Positions 10,494-22,604 of a stretch of DNA of 30,284 nucleotides are shown piece after piece. This stretch comes from Selaginella moellendorffii (Eukaryota > Plantae > Lycopodiophyta). The notes under the pieces were generated by a model. The model saw only the letters and a list, made by a program, of their open reading frames with translations, was not told where the DNA came from and did not search any database. The stretch lies in assembly GCF_000143415.4 (NCBI RefSeq), contig NW_003314283.1, positions 2,064,633 through 2,094,916 on the forward strand, written 5' to 3'. The position numbers and the translations under genes were made by a program. Within the stretch, counting starts at the first letter, position 1. Each line of letters begins with the position of its first letter.

Positions 10494-10553
10494 CAACCGC
10501 ATTATTCAAACCGCATTATTCAAACTGCATTATTCAACCGCATTATTCAAACC
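10494..10553. repeat. ~14-bp minisatellite (ACCGCATTATTCAA), about 4 copies
   Basis: Direct tandem copies visible. Confidence 0.85.
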
Positions 10554-12400
10554 AAACACATCACTAAGAACTTGTATAAACAAAATGGTGTACTAAAACT
10601 AATTTTGAGAACAGATTTATGACAATCTTGTTGTAACACGACACTAATAGCATAGCTAGATGCATCACAATGCACTTCGAAGGGTTTATCAAGATCTGAG
10701 ATTTTGAGAATAAGAACTGTAGTCAAGATCTCCTTCAACTATACAAAACCATGTTGACAAGCTGGTGTCCAATGAAACGGTATTTTACTCTTTGTTAACT
10801 CAGTCAACGGAAGAGCAATTCTTGCAAAATTGCAGACAAACTTGAGATAGTATCCTGCCAAACCAAGAAAGGAATGAACATCTAATATAGTGGTCAGAAC
10901 ATCCCAAGCCATCACCCTTTCACCTTCTTTGGATCCACCTGAATTACGCCACCACCAACTATATATTCAAGAAAGTTCATGCGTAATTGTCCAAAAGCAC
11001 ATTTATTTTCCTTAGCATATAATTTGTGTTCACGCAACTTTTGAAACACCAACTCCAAGTGTTTCAAATGATCCTTCAACATTTCATTAAAGACTAAAAC
11101 ATTGTTGATATATAGAAAAACAAATGTGTCAAAATAATCTCAAAATATTATATCCATCATTGTGTTGAACGTTGTTGGAGCATTGTATAACCCAGATGGC
11201 ATGACAAGGAATTCATAAGATTTGTATCAAGTCTTAAAGGCTATCTTCTCCACATCTTGATCTACCACCCGTGTCTAATGATACCCAGACCGCAAATCAA
11301 GTCGCGTGAAATACTTAGCCTTTAAGAGTTGCTCAAACAAGTCATCAATGCGAAACAAAGGATAACTGTTTGTTACTATGATCTTGTTGAGTGCCCGATA
11401 GTTGATACACATCCTCATAGTTCCATCTTTTTTCATAACAAAAAGGATTGACGCTCTATAAGGTGACTTGCTTAGTCAGATATGACCTTTGTCAAAAAGC
11501 TCTGTGAGTTGTTTCTTGAGTTCAACCATCTCCTTGATGTTCAAATAATATGGATCTTTTGTAGGCAGTTTAGAACCCAGAATGACCTCAATTTGATGAT
11601 CAACCTCATGGCTAAGAGGTAGCCCTGGTGGCAAATCCTTTAAAAAGATATCCTAATTCTTCGCTAACAACTCCAATATTTTCTTTGGTACAGAATCAAC
11701 TCTATCACTAATTCAAATTGAGTCACCAACACCCTCAACTTCCATCACTTGAACCCAAAAGGTCCAATATCCCTTCTTAACTATTTTTTGAGCAACTCTC
11801 GCAATTAAGAACTTAGCATCTCAATCCTTTGAGGAGTGCTTTTGCAACTGAAAGGACACATCGGGACGTCCTTCTGACTTTAATGTGATATGACTTTGTC
11901 CAGCACCATAAATCCCTTTAATATATTTGTTGAAGAAATCCATACCAAACACCATCTAAAAATCTGGTATCTTCAACACTACCAAGCCCACTCTTTCTTT
12001 TCACTTGGATATTTTTATTGGAACATCATTCAAAAAATTTCTAGCTACTTGCCCACCTTTTGCAAATTGAAAGTGTATGGGCGATATTTGCTCCACATTC
12101 AATCCTAAGAATTTAACCAAGTCTTTGGATATCACACTATGCGTAGCTCTCATGTCAATTATCACTAAAATTCAGTGTTTGCAGACAAAGCCTACCAAAT
12201 ACATCAAAGGATCAGTATTTGCATTGATAGCGAGAAAAGCTTCAAGAAAGTAACGAAAGTAACTCACCTCCTCTTCCTCATAGTTTGCATTGACCAACTC
12301 GTCAACCCCTTCAGCTTCACCACCACCGTCTTCCTTTATGATATTAACATGAGATCTTGTCTTATGCTTGTTAGGAAATTCCAAGGATCTATGTCCTAAC

Positions 12401-14154
12401 TGTAAGCGACTAAATTTTCCATTCTACTTTAGTCACTTAACCACACCTCCGACCTCTTGAAGGAGTCTCATTCACAACCTCCATAAGTCTAATTCAGGAC
12501 TTGGGACTTGCTAGCCCCGAGAATGGCATCCATGCCACTCAACATTTGCACTTGGTCCAAGTGCTCCACGTGTCCGATCCCATGACCGACACTCAAAGGT
12601 ACCACTGACATGGCAACTTGTTACGCTAAGGCCATGCCCCATCACCTTTGCCACACTGGTAGTCCAATACCACTTGCATCACAGTCTTGGCTCTCCAAGA
12701 CTAGGCAAACCATCCGTGAGTGGTCATCTCAAATCCACTCCTTAGCATCCTTAGGATGCCCACCGACAAGGGGAATAGCCTTCCCCAATATCCCTCTGTC
12801 AGTCCCCACTAAGTCCCTTTCTACCCTTGGCTGTGTTTGCCAACACTACCACTGGATCGAGGCCCACAAGCCCGACCACTAAGTCCCACGATCCTCTGGG
12901 ACTTCCTCACCACACGACTGCGTCCTTGGTCATTGCCCCAGAGGACTGCTCCTCTTCCTTTCCACAGTCTGGGCCTTTGGGACAACATTTCGGAACACCA
13001 TGGCCTTATGCGAGCCACCTGGGTACTCTCCCCGCCTTCCGCCCTTGGGTGCTCTAGCCATGGGCTTAGAGTGAGGTTCCGTTGAGCCACGCCTGGTATC
13101 CAAGTAGGTAGTGCCACCCACACTTGGACTGGGAGCATCGGCCAGTCGATCTCCCGGGGGAACTAGAGCCGGCTCTTGAACACTTCACCAAGCTACCCCG
13201 CTTGTCGGTCCATGTTCACTCTAGTCTTGGACTTCCCAGTGGTCAGCTCATCACCCAACACTGGGTCTGGCCTTCCTGGGCCAAACTGGCTCCACTGGGC
13301 TCCAACCCCACACTCTCCCTATACTTTTGGAACCCCCCCCCCCCGGGGGACGATCGCTTTGGGCTTTCACCCAACTGCCTGTATTAGTATTCGGACTCGG
13401 ACTCGGGCTCGAACTCGGACTCGGACTCGGTCTCGGTCCCAGTTTCAGACTCGGACTCGGTCTCGGTCTCGGCTTCGACCTTGGTCTCGGTCTCGGTCTC
13501 GGGTCCATCTCGGACTCCATCTCAGATCCATCTCGGACTCCATCTCGGGTCCATCTCGGGTCCATCTCGGACTCCATCTCGGACTCCATCTCGGGTCCAT
13601 CTCGGGTCCATCTCAGACTCCATCTCGGACTCCATCTCGGGTCCATCTCGGACTCCATCTCGGGTCCATCTCGGACTCCAAATCGGGTCCATCTCGGACT
13701 CCATCTCGAGTCCATCTCGAACTCCATCTCGGACTCCATCTCAGGTCCCAACTCGGACTCCGCTTCGGACTCCAACTCGGACTCCACCTCGGACTCCACT
13801 TCGGACTCCAACTCGGACTCCGCTTCGGACTCCAACTCGGACTCCACCTCGGACTCCATCTCGGGTCCTTCTCGGACTCCAGTTCGGACTCCAACTCGGG
13901 TCCATCTCGAGTCCATCTCGGACACTTTTACGTGTCATGTGTTGGTCCTTTTGGGTTCCTTTTTGGAGCCTCGCTTATTGCTCGCTTCGTGCTCATTCCT
14001 CGAGCACTTCGTTAGGAGTTCCACTCCCACTCTCGACCTTTCAAGTCGAAGCTTTTGGCCCAAACGTGTTACACTCGTTTGGCTTTCGCTTCGGCCACTA
14101 CCACGTGGCACCCTTCCGTCTCCACTTTGGGGCCTAGGGATTTTGTGTCTCACA
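12401..14154 (+). mobile_element. Solo LTR, family B (1754 bp), with 5-bp TSD CTAAC
   Basis: TG...CA ends; CTAAC at 12396-12400 and 14155-14159; removing it rejoins the zinc knuckle of the host element; strand assignment tentative. Confidence 0.88.
13390..13923. repeat. Hexamer/dodecamer satellite (TCGGAC, TCCATC, TCGGGT) inside the solo LTR
   Basis: Tandem array; explains the low-complexity ORFs in all six frames. Confidence 0.92.
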
Positions 14155-15759
14155 CTAACTCTCCACAATGGAAGCAATGACCCACACTACATGTTCCACT
14201 AAAAGCAGGTTTTGCAAATTGCTACTACTTGTACCCACCAAGAGGAGGAACAGAGGGCTTAGAACAAGAAGAAGCTACCACCACCTTTGTTAACCATTGC
14301 TTGTGAGCCTCTAGGGCAGAACCTTCTTTCCACCCTCTGTTTATTCCCCTTGTTTATCATCACCTTGTTTATTCCTAAAATTCTTATTCTTGTCTGAGGT
14401 ACCAGCATACGTCTGTTGATATTGTTCCATGAGCGAGTGACTAAAGGCAATTTATTGTGCTGCCTCCTTACACTCCAGGTATGTCTTTGGATTAAACTTC
14501 AAAGTCTCATTGCAAGAAAGTGAACTTAAACCCTCCAGGAAATAACATTGAGCATTTTTGTCACTTATATTGGCAATTTTAATGCACTTTTGAGCAAATG
14601 CATTAACGTAATGCATAAGGTCCCCTCACTGCTTTAACCACTACAGCTTGGCGCAAAGTCTTAGACCAAAATCATCTGACAAGTATTCCTTATGGATAGG
14701 AGACCTCATCTCGGTCCAACTTCTAGTTTGCCCTTTTTCAGCACACATCTGGTGCCACCAAGTTTTGGCATGATAAGTGAGAAAAGACTGCATGCGCACA
14801 ACTTTCGTATGATCATCTATGTTTGCCGCTATGAAATAATTTTCCATATCGTACACCTAGTCTTCTAAAACTTGATAGTCCCGCATGCCTCTGAAATTGA
14901 GTGGTTTTAGAAGCTTGACCTTTGAAACTTGTGCAACCGGGGGCAGTTGCAAAACTTCATGGTCCTCAAAACTTGAAGAGGAGTTTGGTTGCTTAGGTTT
15001 AGCTGGTTTAGCTACCTCAACTTCTTTTTTCCTCTTTTTGTTCTCCTTCTTCAATTTGTGAATTTCCCTTCGCAAATTCTCAATCTCAACTTCCTAAGCC
15101 GTACGCTGAAGTGCTGCAGCATCTGGCTCTTCCCCTTTTGACTCAGCTTTAGTCTCTTTCGCAACATCTCCAATAGGAGTTCTCCTCTCGATTCACCCAT
15201 CTAAATGTTTCAGCATCATCAGTATGGTTCCTTTTCACCATCCTGCGAGCTATATACATGCCTCTATCAGTAACTAAACATGCATACAACATTCTTACTG
15301 AATGGCGCAATCCAACTAATCCTTCACAAGTCACTTCAGATCTACTAAAGAAGTCTCTACATATGCAACTTGAGTTAGAAAATCCAACAAAAGTTGAATA
15401 GGAATCGCTGAGACAGTTCCTCTGATACCAAATGTAGTGCACTTGAATTTGGAGCTAAAATCCAAGCCTGTTACACTACGAAATGAGGGTCTGGTACAAT
15501 CCCACAAGCACCAGCTCCCTGTATCCAACACCTACATGCAAAATGGTGTCAGACGGTATCTAGCACAATTTTGGCATACTGGTGGCTTAACGCAAGGAAG
15601 AGGGTACCACTAACTAGAGCAGCATGGAGCTTGGGCTTAGACCCAAACCGAACACAGAATAAAGAACAACATAACCCAACGGAAGCCAAACTAATGTCTC
15701 AAGTGGTCGGACATGCATTCTAACCACTATCCCTACTATACATTTGGAACGCCCCATAT

Positions 15760-16037
15760 CCCCCCCCCCCCCCCCAAGCCTCCCCTAGTACCAATAATTA
15801 GTCTCTGGGACAAGCTTAAAACTTACTAAATATGGAATGTCTCTATATTACAAATTTTGGCATGGGATGAACACTATTGTGTTCAATACAATCTCTACAT
15901 TCTGTAAATGTGCCAAATAAGCAAATCTAGACACTTTCCACAAATAGTATTTAGGACCAAAATGAGACTAGCACAAAGGGCATGATAGTGAAGGTGTTTG
16001 GTAGACATGGTAAGCTATTATGCAGCGATATTAAAGG
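15760..16037 (-). mobile_element. 3' internal region and PPT of a second family A element
   Basis: C-run 15760-15775 (minus-strand PPT); homologous to the reverse complement of ~6620-6885. Confidence 0.7.
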
Positions 16038-16710
16038 TTTCTTATCCACAACATGAGACTCCTCAAGCCAATTCCACCATCAAAGACCCGCATCACGCAA
16101 AACTATTGGAATAACCACTAAAGCCTCTACATCTGAAGTTCCCCTAGTAGACAAGAACTTCTTCACATTGGCTAGCTAAACGAGACACTTGTCCACACCA
16201 CTATTATTGGAAAAGGTTGGAATCTTGAGTTGATCTACTAAAGAAGGCTTACTTGGAGCGCTACCATGTCCAGCCTCAACTGCCTCAACACGCCCACGTA
16301 TGGTATCCATCATGCTATGCATCTTGTCTTGCATCTCTTGCTGATTTAGATTAAGGGCTCATAGCTCATGAATCACATCTTGAATGGTCTAAATCTTTGC
16401 AGCTCTATCTGCACCATCGTTGACACCACCATTGACAATAGGATTCCAGCGTTCAACTTGGTCGGCCATCGCAACCAACTCCTCTGATACCAATGTTATG
16501 ATTCGGTGCATAAAGACAAAGATCTAGTCACCCTAGACTATGCTACACCACCTCTTGAGGTTCCTCACCACCCAACCACCCCCGAGCTACCTCAAAAGCT
16601 CCACTACGCTGCCATTCCACTGTGAGCCCTAAGGTAGGATATGTCCCTTACCCTAACATGCCTTAATATCTCCCTTTGACTGACCACGTGGTCAAAGCTG
16701 GCACGTAACA
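16038..16710 (-). mobile_element. 5' end of a family C element: 5' LTR 16494-16710, tRNA-Met PBS, decayed gag start
   Basis: TGTTA...TAACA; TGGTATCAGAG on the minus strand at 16482-16492; ATG at 16469 begins MADQVERWNP with downstream stops. Confidence 0.8.
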
Positions 16711-17396
16711 AGGACTTATTACCATAGAGAAGCTTGGAATTAGCAATCTTGAAAGCCTGTGGGCATAAGTATCAAGCATACCGAGCTTTATGAGCCTTGA
16801 AGTTGCAACCTCTATTTATGTCAGCTTCTTGCCAACCTGATGCACTCTGCATTCATCACCAGCCATCTCAATCAGGATGGCGTAGTGACTCCACAAAGAT
16901 GTGAGGACCAATTTCCAAGCCTGCTGGATTTCTAGGTTTCTTCCAGGTTTGCAATTCAACAACCTTAGATGTACATGTCTAAAAGATGATTTGAGCTTGG
17001 AAATTCTAAATCTGGAATTCAGCTATGGCTATAGTTAAGTTGCACTACAACCTATAGAAAGAATGGGTATAATGTAAATCGGTATGGTGTCCTTAAAAAA
17101 TGAAAAACCACTTACTTGTGATAGGCTCCCATAATTGACCAGCCTAAAACTCATTCCATATAGTTAAAATGGATCTAGGAATTAGTTAAGTCCCCATCTC
17201 CATCCATATCCATTCGCTATACAAAGTCCATACTAGAAGCAGTTTACAGTGGTGAGCAAGGGAATGGTTTACCTTTGACTCTTTTAAAGGTTGGTATAGG
17301 AAGAGCCTTCGGGAAGAAACTTGTGATTGACAAGCCTCTTATGTTTGTGGGGATGCATAGTTACTTTTTGGACAAAATGAAGATCACTTGAAGTAT

Positions 17397-17610
17397 TATT
17401 AGGTGCCAGCTTTAACCACATGGTCAATGTCAGTCAAAAGGAGGCTCTTGGGTATAAGGGACTTAACCTACCCTGAGGCTTATAGTGGAGCAATGGCACA
17501 GTGGAGCTTTTGAGGTAACTCAAGGGTGGTTGGGTGGTGAGGAACCTCAAGAGGTGGCATAGCATAGTCTAGGGAAATTATATCTCTGTCTTTTTGTGCC
17601 AGATCATCAA
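17397..17610 (+). mobile_element. Degenerate solo LTR, family C (mirrored at ~28503-28716)
   Basis: Reverse-complement homology to 8372-8604 and 16494-16710. Confidence 0.75.
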
Positions 17611-18186
17611 AATCTTCAATCTCTTCAATCCCTGAATATTGACCTAACCTCCTAGTGACTCATCCTTGAGGTAAAGAGGTTCAGGAGAACCTGTTATAAC
17701 ACTCATGTTCTTTTAGTTCTAGACTAGAAAAGAAAATCACTATACCTAAAATTTTTCAATAACTTGGCTGAATTTAGAGTGCACTTCCACAATTACATTA
17801 TTGTCATCTATATGGAAGATTAGGGAGGTCATGACTAGCTCACTCTTTTCACTCCAGATGTATTCTAGCTCTTGAAGCAATGCTGATTTGCCACACTTCT
17901 TTGGGCTGGCCATTAGCATAATACAGGAGGGTTCCCTCCCCTAGAAATGCCATCATTGTCAACGTTTTGACTTCTATTTAACACATAAGAAGAATAACTT
18001 TGCTAAATAGTATGGAAAAGAGGATAGTGATGGAGAAAATTGTTACGAAGAATTATGAGAAATGAAAAGTGTTGCTTTGCTGTTTCTCTCTATTTGTCCT
18101 CTTGCCTTTAGCATTTATAGATAGATTAAAGAAACACATAGTCTTCAGAATAAAGTTTATTTTCTTGTGGTTCCAACCATTCCATA

Positions 18187-18546
18187 TCAGGGTAGAAGAT
18201 AACCTGAAGAGACAATAAGCTGTGAATTTGAAACAAGAAGAAGAAATTGAAGTGCCTTACTTCCACACTGATACTGATGGGGAAGAGTTCGATGACATAT
18301 TTTAGCAATGGTTAGAATTGAACTCAAGCTGATATACTTCGTGACATCTGAAGTAATTCTTGGGCACACACACTCAAGAGTGATCTTCCTCATAAAGCTA
18401 CAACAGGCTGGAGAGGGATTTGTGCTTTTGCAATTGCTGAGAATTCCATTGATGTTGTTGTCACATGTTGTATCAGCTTCAGAGAAGTTAAAGAAGGAAG
18501 CACTTGCTACAAGCAGTAACACTACAAATGTTTTCATCACTGCCAT
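18187..18546 (-). CDS. Non-specific lipid-transfer/prolamin-superfamily protein, ~100 aa (exons 18546-18261 and 18203-18187)
   Basis: Signal peptide; 8-Cys pattern C-C-CC-CxC-C-C; 57-nt GT-AG intron gives the C-terminus CGSYLLP. Confidence 0.85.
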   Translation of the reverse strand: MAVMKTFVVLLLVASASFFNFSEADTTCDNNINGILSNCKSTNPSPACCSFMRKITLECVCPRITSDVTKYISLSSILTIAKICHRTLPHQYQCGSKALQFLLLVSNSQLIVSSGYLLP

Positions 18547-18932
18547 TCATCAATGCCTTAGATGCTGTATATGGTTCTTATATAGTGGAGATCTGTTTGA
18601 TGAACACTATGAATGAAAGTATCTGATCCCACAACCAACAAACAACAAGTTCTAATATTGACTGGCAAACAGACCGTGGTGTCAAACACGGCATGGTTGC
18701 CAGTCAGCACGGCAGCATAGTCAGCACGGCATGCTTGCCAGTCAAGATTAAAACTTGTAGTTGCATGACTTTGACCACAGACCATGACTCTCGTATGTGA
18801 CTTTTGTTGACTTTATTTGAAAAATATACTCTTTGAGCATGGCAGTTGATAAAACCACGTCTTTCTGGGGTGATGCCGCATTCAAGATTGAAATTCCGGT
18901 GATGTTCAAATTTCTAGTTTCACAAGAAGAAA

Positions 18933-20272
18933 ATGATTTCTCACTGGGGCATCGTACTTCTCTTCGCACTTGGCATGAATCTGTCGTCTGAGGTATGATC
19001 ACATGATTCTGAAATGAAACTCTTAAGGTTTTCTTTCTTTTGTATAAGATCATGGACATGGAAATTCTACTGGAGTTCAAGCAAGGCATGTTGCAAAGCA
19101 ATTCTACCTTTTCTAACTGGCATGAAGGAAGCAAGGATGGGATTTGCAGCTGGAGAGGCATTAGTTGCAATTCTAAACGCCAAGTAGTGTCCATACATCT
19201 ATCCTCTGTGGATCTTGATGAAGCCTTGGTGGGAACTCTCACGCCAAGGCTTGGGCAGCTTTCATATCTTTCAGAGCTCGATCTATCGTTTAACAAAATA
19301 ACGGGGCAAATTCCTACCACCCTCGGAAATTGCTCCTCACTCACAGAGCTCAACTTGAGAGGGAACCAATTGACTGGCCATATTCCAGCAACATTAGGGC
19401 AGCTCCAGAATCTCACTGAGCTCTGGCTATCTGATAATTTCTTGAGCGGGTCTATTCCATCGAGTGTTGGGAACTGCTCCAAGCTGCGGTTCCTCAGTCT
19501 GGAAAACAACACCTTAACGGGCTCTATATCTCCATCGCTGGGTAAGCTCAAGAAATTGGAAAGTTTATCACTTTTTACAAACAATTTGGAGGGGCTTATA
19601 CCAATCACTCTTGGAAACCTTTCGCACCTCACATTTCTAGACATGTCTGACAACCTTCTATATGGCCCATTACCTGGCTCTTTTGCTGGTCTTCGTAGGC
19701 TAAAGTGGTTGGGACTATCGCGAAACTATTTTCTCAATGGATCGATTCCTTCGGATGTTATGGTGGGCATGCCATCTCTAACGCACCTAGAGCTCCATTA
19801 CAACAACTTTACAGGAAACATTCCCATGTTTAATGCGTCTTCTCCTGTTGTACTACTTCGCTTGGACGTTAACAGCCTGACAGGAAGCATTCCGCATTCA
19901 ATCACAGAGATCAAGGCTCTCCAGCAATTGCACCTCAACAAAAACTATCTAGATGGAAGCATTCCAAAAGGCATTAGCCAGCTGGATCGTCTTGAGATAC
20001 TTGACTTGAGTGACAACTATCTCAGAAATGAAGTTCCTCCACTCGACAAATGCACCAATCTTGGCTATCTCGACCTCCACAGAAACTTGATACGGAGCAA
20101 AATGCCAACGTTTGGTGCATGCACTAACCTTGTTTACTTGGATCTCTCAACGAACGAGTTCCAGGGAGAGATTAGCTCAAGGCTAGGGAATTGCTCCCAG
20201 CTCAAGGTTGTCAACTTTGCGCAGAACAATTTCACGGGTGAGGTGCCTACACGCTTCACAGCATGCAGCTAG
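18933..20272 (+). pseudogene. Truncated duplicate of the LRR receptor-like protein gene (exon 1 18933-18992, 56-nt intron, exon 2 from 19049)
   Basis: Near-identical to 24836-27180 up to 20246, then an unrelated tail PTRFTACS*; lacks C-terminal LRRs and the TM segment. Confidence 0.85.
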
Positions 20273-21542
20273 GCTTGGGGGACATCCTAAACCCTAAACA
20301 GGTGATGGATGAAGCTCCCGCAGACGCACTCCCCTGAGTGATCACGTGCTGGAGATGCCTCCCGAACCCCGGTTCGTTCCTGGTCAGGGCTAAACTCGCG
20401 TTGCAAGCTCAGCCACATCTTCTACCGCGCTTTGCAAGAGACGGAAGCATATGATTGCATCCTTCTCTGCATGACCGATGACCTTCAGGGTCTGGCCAAT
20501 GGACTCTAGGTATGTCCCAGTCACCCCAGGTCGTCCCCCACCGGTCAACGCCCGGTCAACGCTCAGTATACTGTCCAAACAGGAATATTCCCGAATATTC
20601 CCTGACAGTCAGATTGTTGACCGAGTCAACGAGGCCTACACCATTCGATTCTGCACCCCTTTCCAAGTGTGACTACGTTGGTCTCATCTCCTTACGATGG
20701 ACACCACACCTTGGAAAGCTCGCGAATCTCATAATGGTGCCATGCGACGACGTCAATGCCACACGCACCGACACCTCGCAGGAAAAGGACCTTTCTGCAT
20801 GAGCGAAGGACCTTGGGTACGTACCAGTCACTCCAGGCCACCTCCCTTTCGAGTCAACGCACGGTCAACGCGGAGTCAACGGTCAGAATGGAATATTCCC
20901 GAATATTCCCTGACAGTGTTTTTGTTGACCGAGTCAAAACGGCATATACCGTTGGATTCCGCTCTTCCTTCCGATCGTGAATATGTGAGTTTCAACTCTG
21001 AACTCCACACACGATTCGTTGAAAAGCGTGTTTTCCATTAAAACGGTGCCGCTCCTTCGACATCGGCAACGCACGCCAACAGCTCGCGGGATGGCTCTCC
21101 CCTGCATCACGCTGGACTCCGGGTATGTATGAGTGACCTCAGGCCCTCCACCATCCCAGTCCACAAACGGTCAACGCGGGGTCAACGGTCACGACGGAAT
21201 ATTCCCTGCAAAGTGGACCACGTTTTTCATCGCCGGGTACGTACGAGTGACACAAGCATTGTGGACGTAACGCATGCATCATATCATGCCGCGTTTACAA
21301 GTTATCTTGCGTCAAAGGTACGTCACCCGCTGGACGAACGCTTACTGTCTTCGGCGATCTGCCGAAGTCATTCTCCGCGACTACCACTGCTGTGGAGTAA
21401 CCAACACCAGCTGTGCTACGTTCGCACCCTCGCGAGCCAACGCTGCCACGCCACTTCGCATGGCCGCCACACGGACTCGCGCCACGTGACAGAGCCAAAA
21501 TATAAGTAGAGTCGGCACCGAGCTAGGGTTAGGGTAGACACT

Positions 21543-21600
21543 AGACAACTACACCCGGCTGATGAGTCCCAAAAAGGACGAAACCGGTCTCGGATTGTCT
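21543..21600 (+). ncRNA. Type I hammerhead ribozyme, copy 4
   Basis: Core, stem II and stem III unchanged; distal stem I is AGACAA/UUGUCU (G-U changed to A-U); predicted cut after 21589. Confidence 0.9.
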
Positions 21601-21740
21601 CTTGTCCTCTCCCTCGCTCACGAATGAATGAAAATTCATTCCCTCGCCTCCTCTACTTGCTCTCGATCACGCCGTTTCGACAACGGCACACGGAGAATGT
21701 GGATTGCACAAAGTGGTGCCGCGATCTCGCCGGATTGCAG

Positions 21741-22604
21741 AGCGTGAAGCTGCATGTGTCGGAGGTTCTTGACGACTTGAGTCGTGGAAACACGACCAAG
21801 TCATGGGAACTTTGTTGACTGGTGGAGGACAGTTCGGGACGACATCCCGACATAGCGAAGTGTCCGCGGTGGATGGACGTGGAAGACACTATGGGCGCAT
21901 TTTTGGATCTAGTGACAGGGAAGTGCTGTCACAAAGGGGGCCAGTGGCGGATGGTCGAGTTGGTTTGCTCGCGGAGGGGATCCCACATGGTTCTTGCTTC
22001 AGGGCTAGTCCTTTGAGAAGGTTCGCGGAGGCTTGCAAGTCTTGTGATTGTCACGATGCCGGCAACGGGGGCTCGTATATCATTGAAGGGGGCCAGCGCA
22101 CTTGTCTAGTGTGGGAGGCAAGGTAGCACGCTCTAGTCTAGAGCTGGAGGAGGCTCACACCTTGCTTGTTCTACGCCTTGGAGTTTGTTCGCAATGGGCA
22201 CCGACTTAGTGCTGGAAGTACACTGGGGAGGTAGGCGCTCCAAGACACAGCATCACGTCTTGGGGCGTAACAGGTGGCTTCAGCTTGTGCAGTGGAATCA
22301 CCTTGGAGGCGAGTGACCCATGAGCGACGCCGGGTCATCGTGCTCGAGTTGGACTGCTTGGCTGCGACGACGTCGAGCTAGATCGACATGGTGTTCATCT
22401 GGCTTGACATCATTGTAACCGAGTGGAGGAGTGGCGAGGCGAAGCAGGTGGCTTCAAGCTCCGTGGTGGAGTCACCTGGGAGGTGGACGGCCCAAGAGCA
22501 GCGCCGGGCGTTCGCGCTCATAGTTTCACTAGTTTCTTCGAGAGTGCGCTCTCAATGTTGTTTTGATCCCTTTGGGATTGGGGTAATGTACATATATGTT
22601 TAGT
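21741..22604. mobile_element. 864-bp unclassified insertion with an 18-bp target-site duplication
   Basis: GATCTCGCCGGATTGCAG at 21723-21740 and 22605-22622; this sequence is single-copy in the other units. Confidence 0.8.

Larger units (their letters stand above)
10098..15760 (-). mobile_element. Degenerate Ty3/Gypsy element, family A: LTR 15433-15760, tRNA-Met PBS, gag, protease, RT, partial RNase H; no integrase seen
   Basis: PBS TGGTATCAGA at 15421-15430 (minus); gag MENYF...KTWW; zinc knuckle CFHCGE|LGH split by a solo LTR; protease IIDMRATHS; RNase H CDASSYAISVVLQQD. Confidence 0.85.
15827..20246. repeat. Left arm of a large inverted duplication
   Basis: Reverse complement of 25867-30284; paired coordinates sum to 46113 (46111 beyond the N gap). 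Confidence 0.93.

Noticed and set aside
13176-14202. Ser/Asp- and Arg/Ser-rich repeat proteins
   Set aside because: Translation artefacts of a stop-free hexamer satellite inside an LTR
18748-19653. 301-aa antisense ORF (and its mirror 26460-27365)
   Set aside because: Shadow frame of LRR codon usage
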